Part shown: piece after piece, positions 63,096 through 64,000 of the stretch
Numbering within the stretch: the stretch's first letter is position 1
Layout of the letters: every line of letters begins with the position of its first letter
Notes under the pieces: model-generated
The model's database searches: none
What the model was told of the DNA's origin: nothing
Seen by the model: only the letters and a program-made list of their open reading frames with translations
Position numbers and translations under genes: made by a program
Origin: Pirellulales bacterium
GTDB lineage: Bacteria > Planctomycetota > Planctomycetia > Pirellulales > DATAWG01
Direction: 5' to 3'
Length of the DNA: 64,000 nt
Assembly (NCBI GenBank): GCA_963738955.1
Contig: CAVTYW010000015.1
Location: 151,910 to 215,909, forward strand

Positions 63096-64000
63096 TGCCG
63101 CCGCGATTCATCCTTGGTTTGCATTCGGGCCACAATGCCAGCGCCTGCATCGGCGATGCGTCGGGCTTGATCTATGCGGTTCAAGAAGAACGGCTGACGC
63201 GGCGAAAAGAACTATTGGGGCACGCCGACGCAAGCGATCCACGCATGTTTGCGGCACATCGGCGCTAACGTGGCCGACGTGCATGTCGTCGCCCACGGAA
63301 GCACGCAAGCCCATTGCCGATACCACAGTCGCGACGACGTGTTGCGCCTATCGACGGCAAAAATCGGTGCTGGGCAAACTGCGGCAGCGAATTGCCGTGC
63401 CGCTGTTCATCGCGCTGCGGCCCACGTGGGGGCGGGACCGTCTGAAGGCCGACTTGGACAGAGCCGGATTCGGCAGCACCCCGATATCGTACCACGATCA
63501 TCATCAAACGCATGCGGCAACCGCGTACTACGGCCTGCGGGCCAATTCGGCGGAGAAGTATCTGGTGCTCACGTGCGACGGCGACGGCGACGGTCTTGTG
63601 CCACCGTGCGCGTCATGGGGGGCGGCGAGGATCGACTGGTTGCGTCGACTCCCTGGGACAATTCGCTCGGCGCCTTGTATTCCTGGGTCACTTTTGGAAT
63701 GGGCTTTGTGCCGCTGGAACATGAATACAAGTTGATGGGCATGGCTCCCTACGCGTCGGATCACGCCGCCGCGGATATGGCCCAAATCTTTGCCTCCTAT
63801 CTGCAACTGGATTCCAACGGATTGGAGTTCCGTCGGCGCACGTTTCGACGCACCAATGATTTGTCGGAAAGCCTCGCACGGGACCTGAAGGGGAAGCGTT
63901 TTGACCACATTTGCGCCGGTTTGCAACGTTTCACCGAAGACTTGCTCTGCCAATGGTCGGCTGCCGCGGTGAAGGCCACGGGAGTGCGGCGCGTGTTGGC
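63095..64000 (+). CDS. Carbamoyltransferase (NodU/CmcH family), 3' end beyond window, at least 3 frame breaks (~63205, ~63300, ~63595)
   Basis: MPPRFILGLHSGHNASACIGDASGLIYAVQEERLTRRK, then in other frames YHDHHQTHAATAYYGL...LVLTCDGDGDGL, then WDNSLGALYSWVTFGMGFVPLEHEYKLMGMAPYA. The start overlaps the upstream stop (TAATG). Confidence 0.7.

Overview
GC-rich chromosomal segment with Planctomycetota hallmarks: three DUF1559 proteins with prepilin-type N-termini, a giant PEP-CTERM protein, and many secreted hypotheticals. 1-21 kb holds housekeeping genes (tkt, rpmA-obg, coaX, mnmE-like, asparaginase), hypothetical secreted proteins and a 159-aa protein with 29 cysteines. It also holds two identical IS1595-derived miniature elements plus an empty copy of their target, a frameshifted IS4-family element, and several palindromic and heptameric repeat families. 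21.7-33 kb encodes a ~1,800-aa trypsin-like/PATR-repeat/PEP-CTERM protein, DUF1559 paralogs and tadA. 33.4-64 kb is one co-directional 24-gene glycan-biosynthesis locus headed by a NusG paralog. That locus includes a phosphorylated-intermediate nonulosonate module, two paralogous ATP-grasp enzymes (one apparently fused to an LMW-PTP), an AsnB-type amidotransferase, a LicCA-like nucleotidyltransferase-kinase fusion, an LTA-synthase-like transferase, glycosyltransferases, a flippase, a ligase/polymerase-like protein, a deacetylase and a carbamoyltransferase. No rRNA, tRNA or CRISPR array was recognised. Major caveat: about 35 reading-frame breaks are visible in about 21 genes, unevenly distributed. 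The assembly is therefore either indel-rich or the locus is decaying. Frameshifted genes are reported as full-length spans. The best candidates for novelty are the cysteine-rich protein, the decorated-glycan operon modules, and heptamer arrays abutting start codons.
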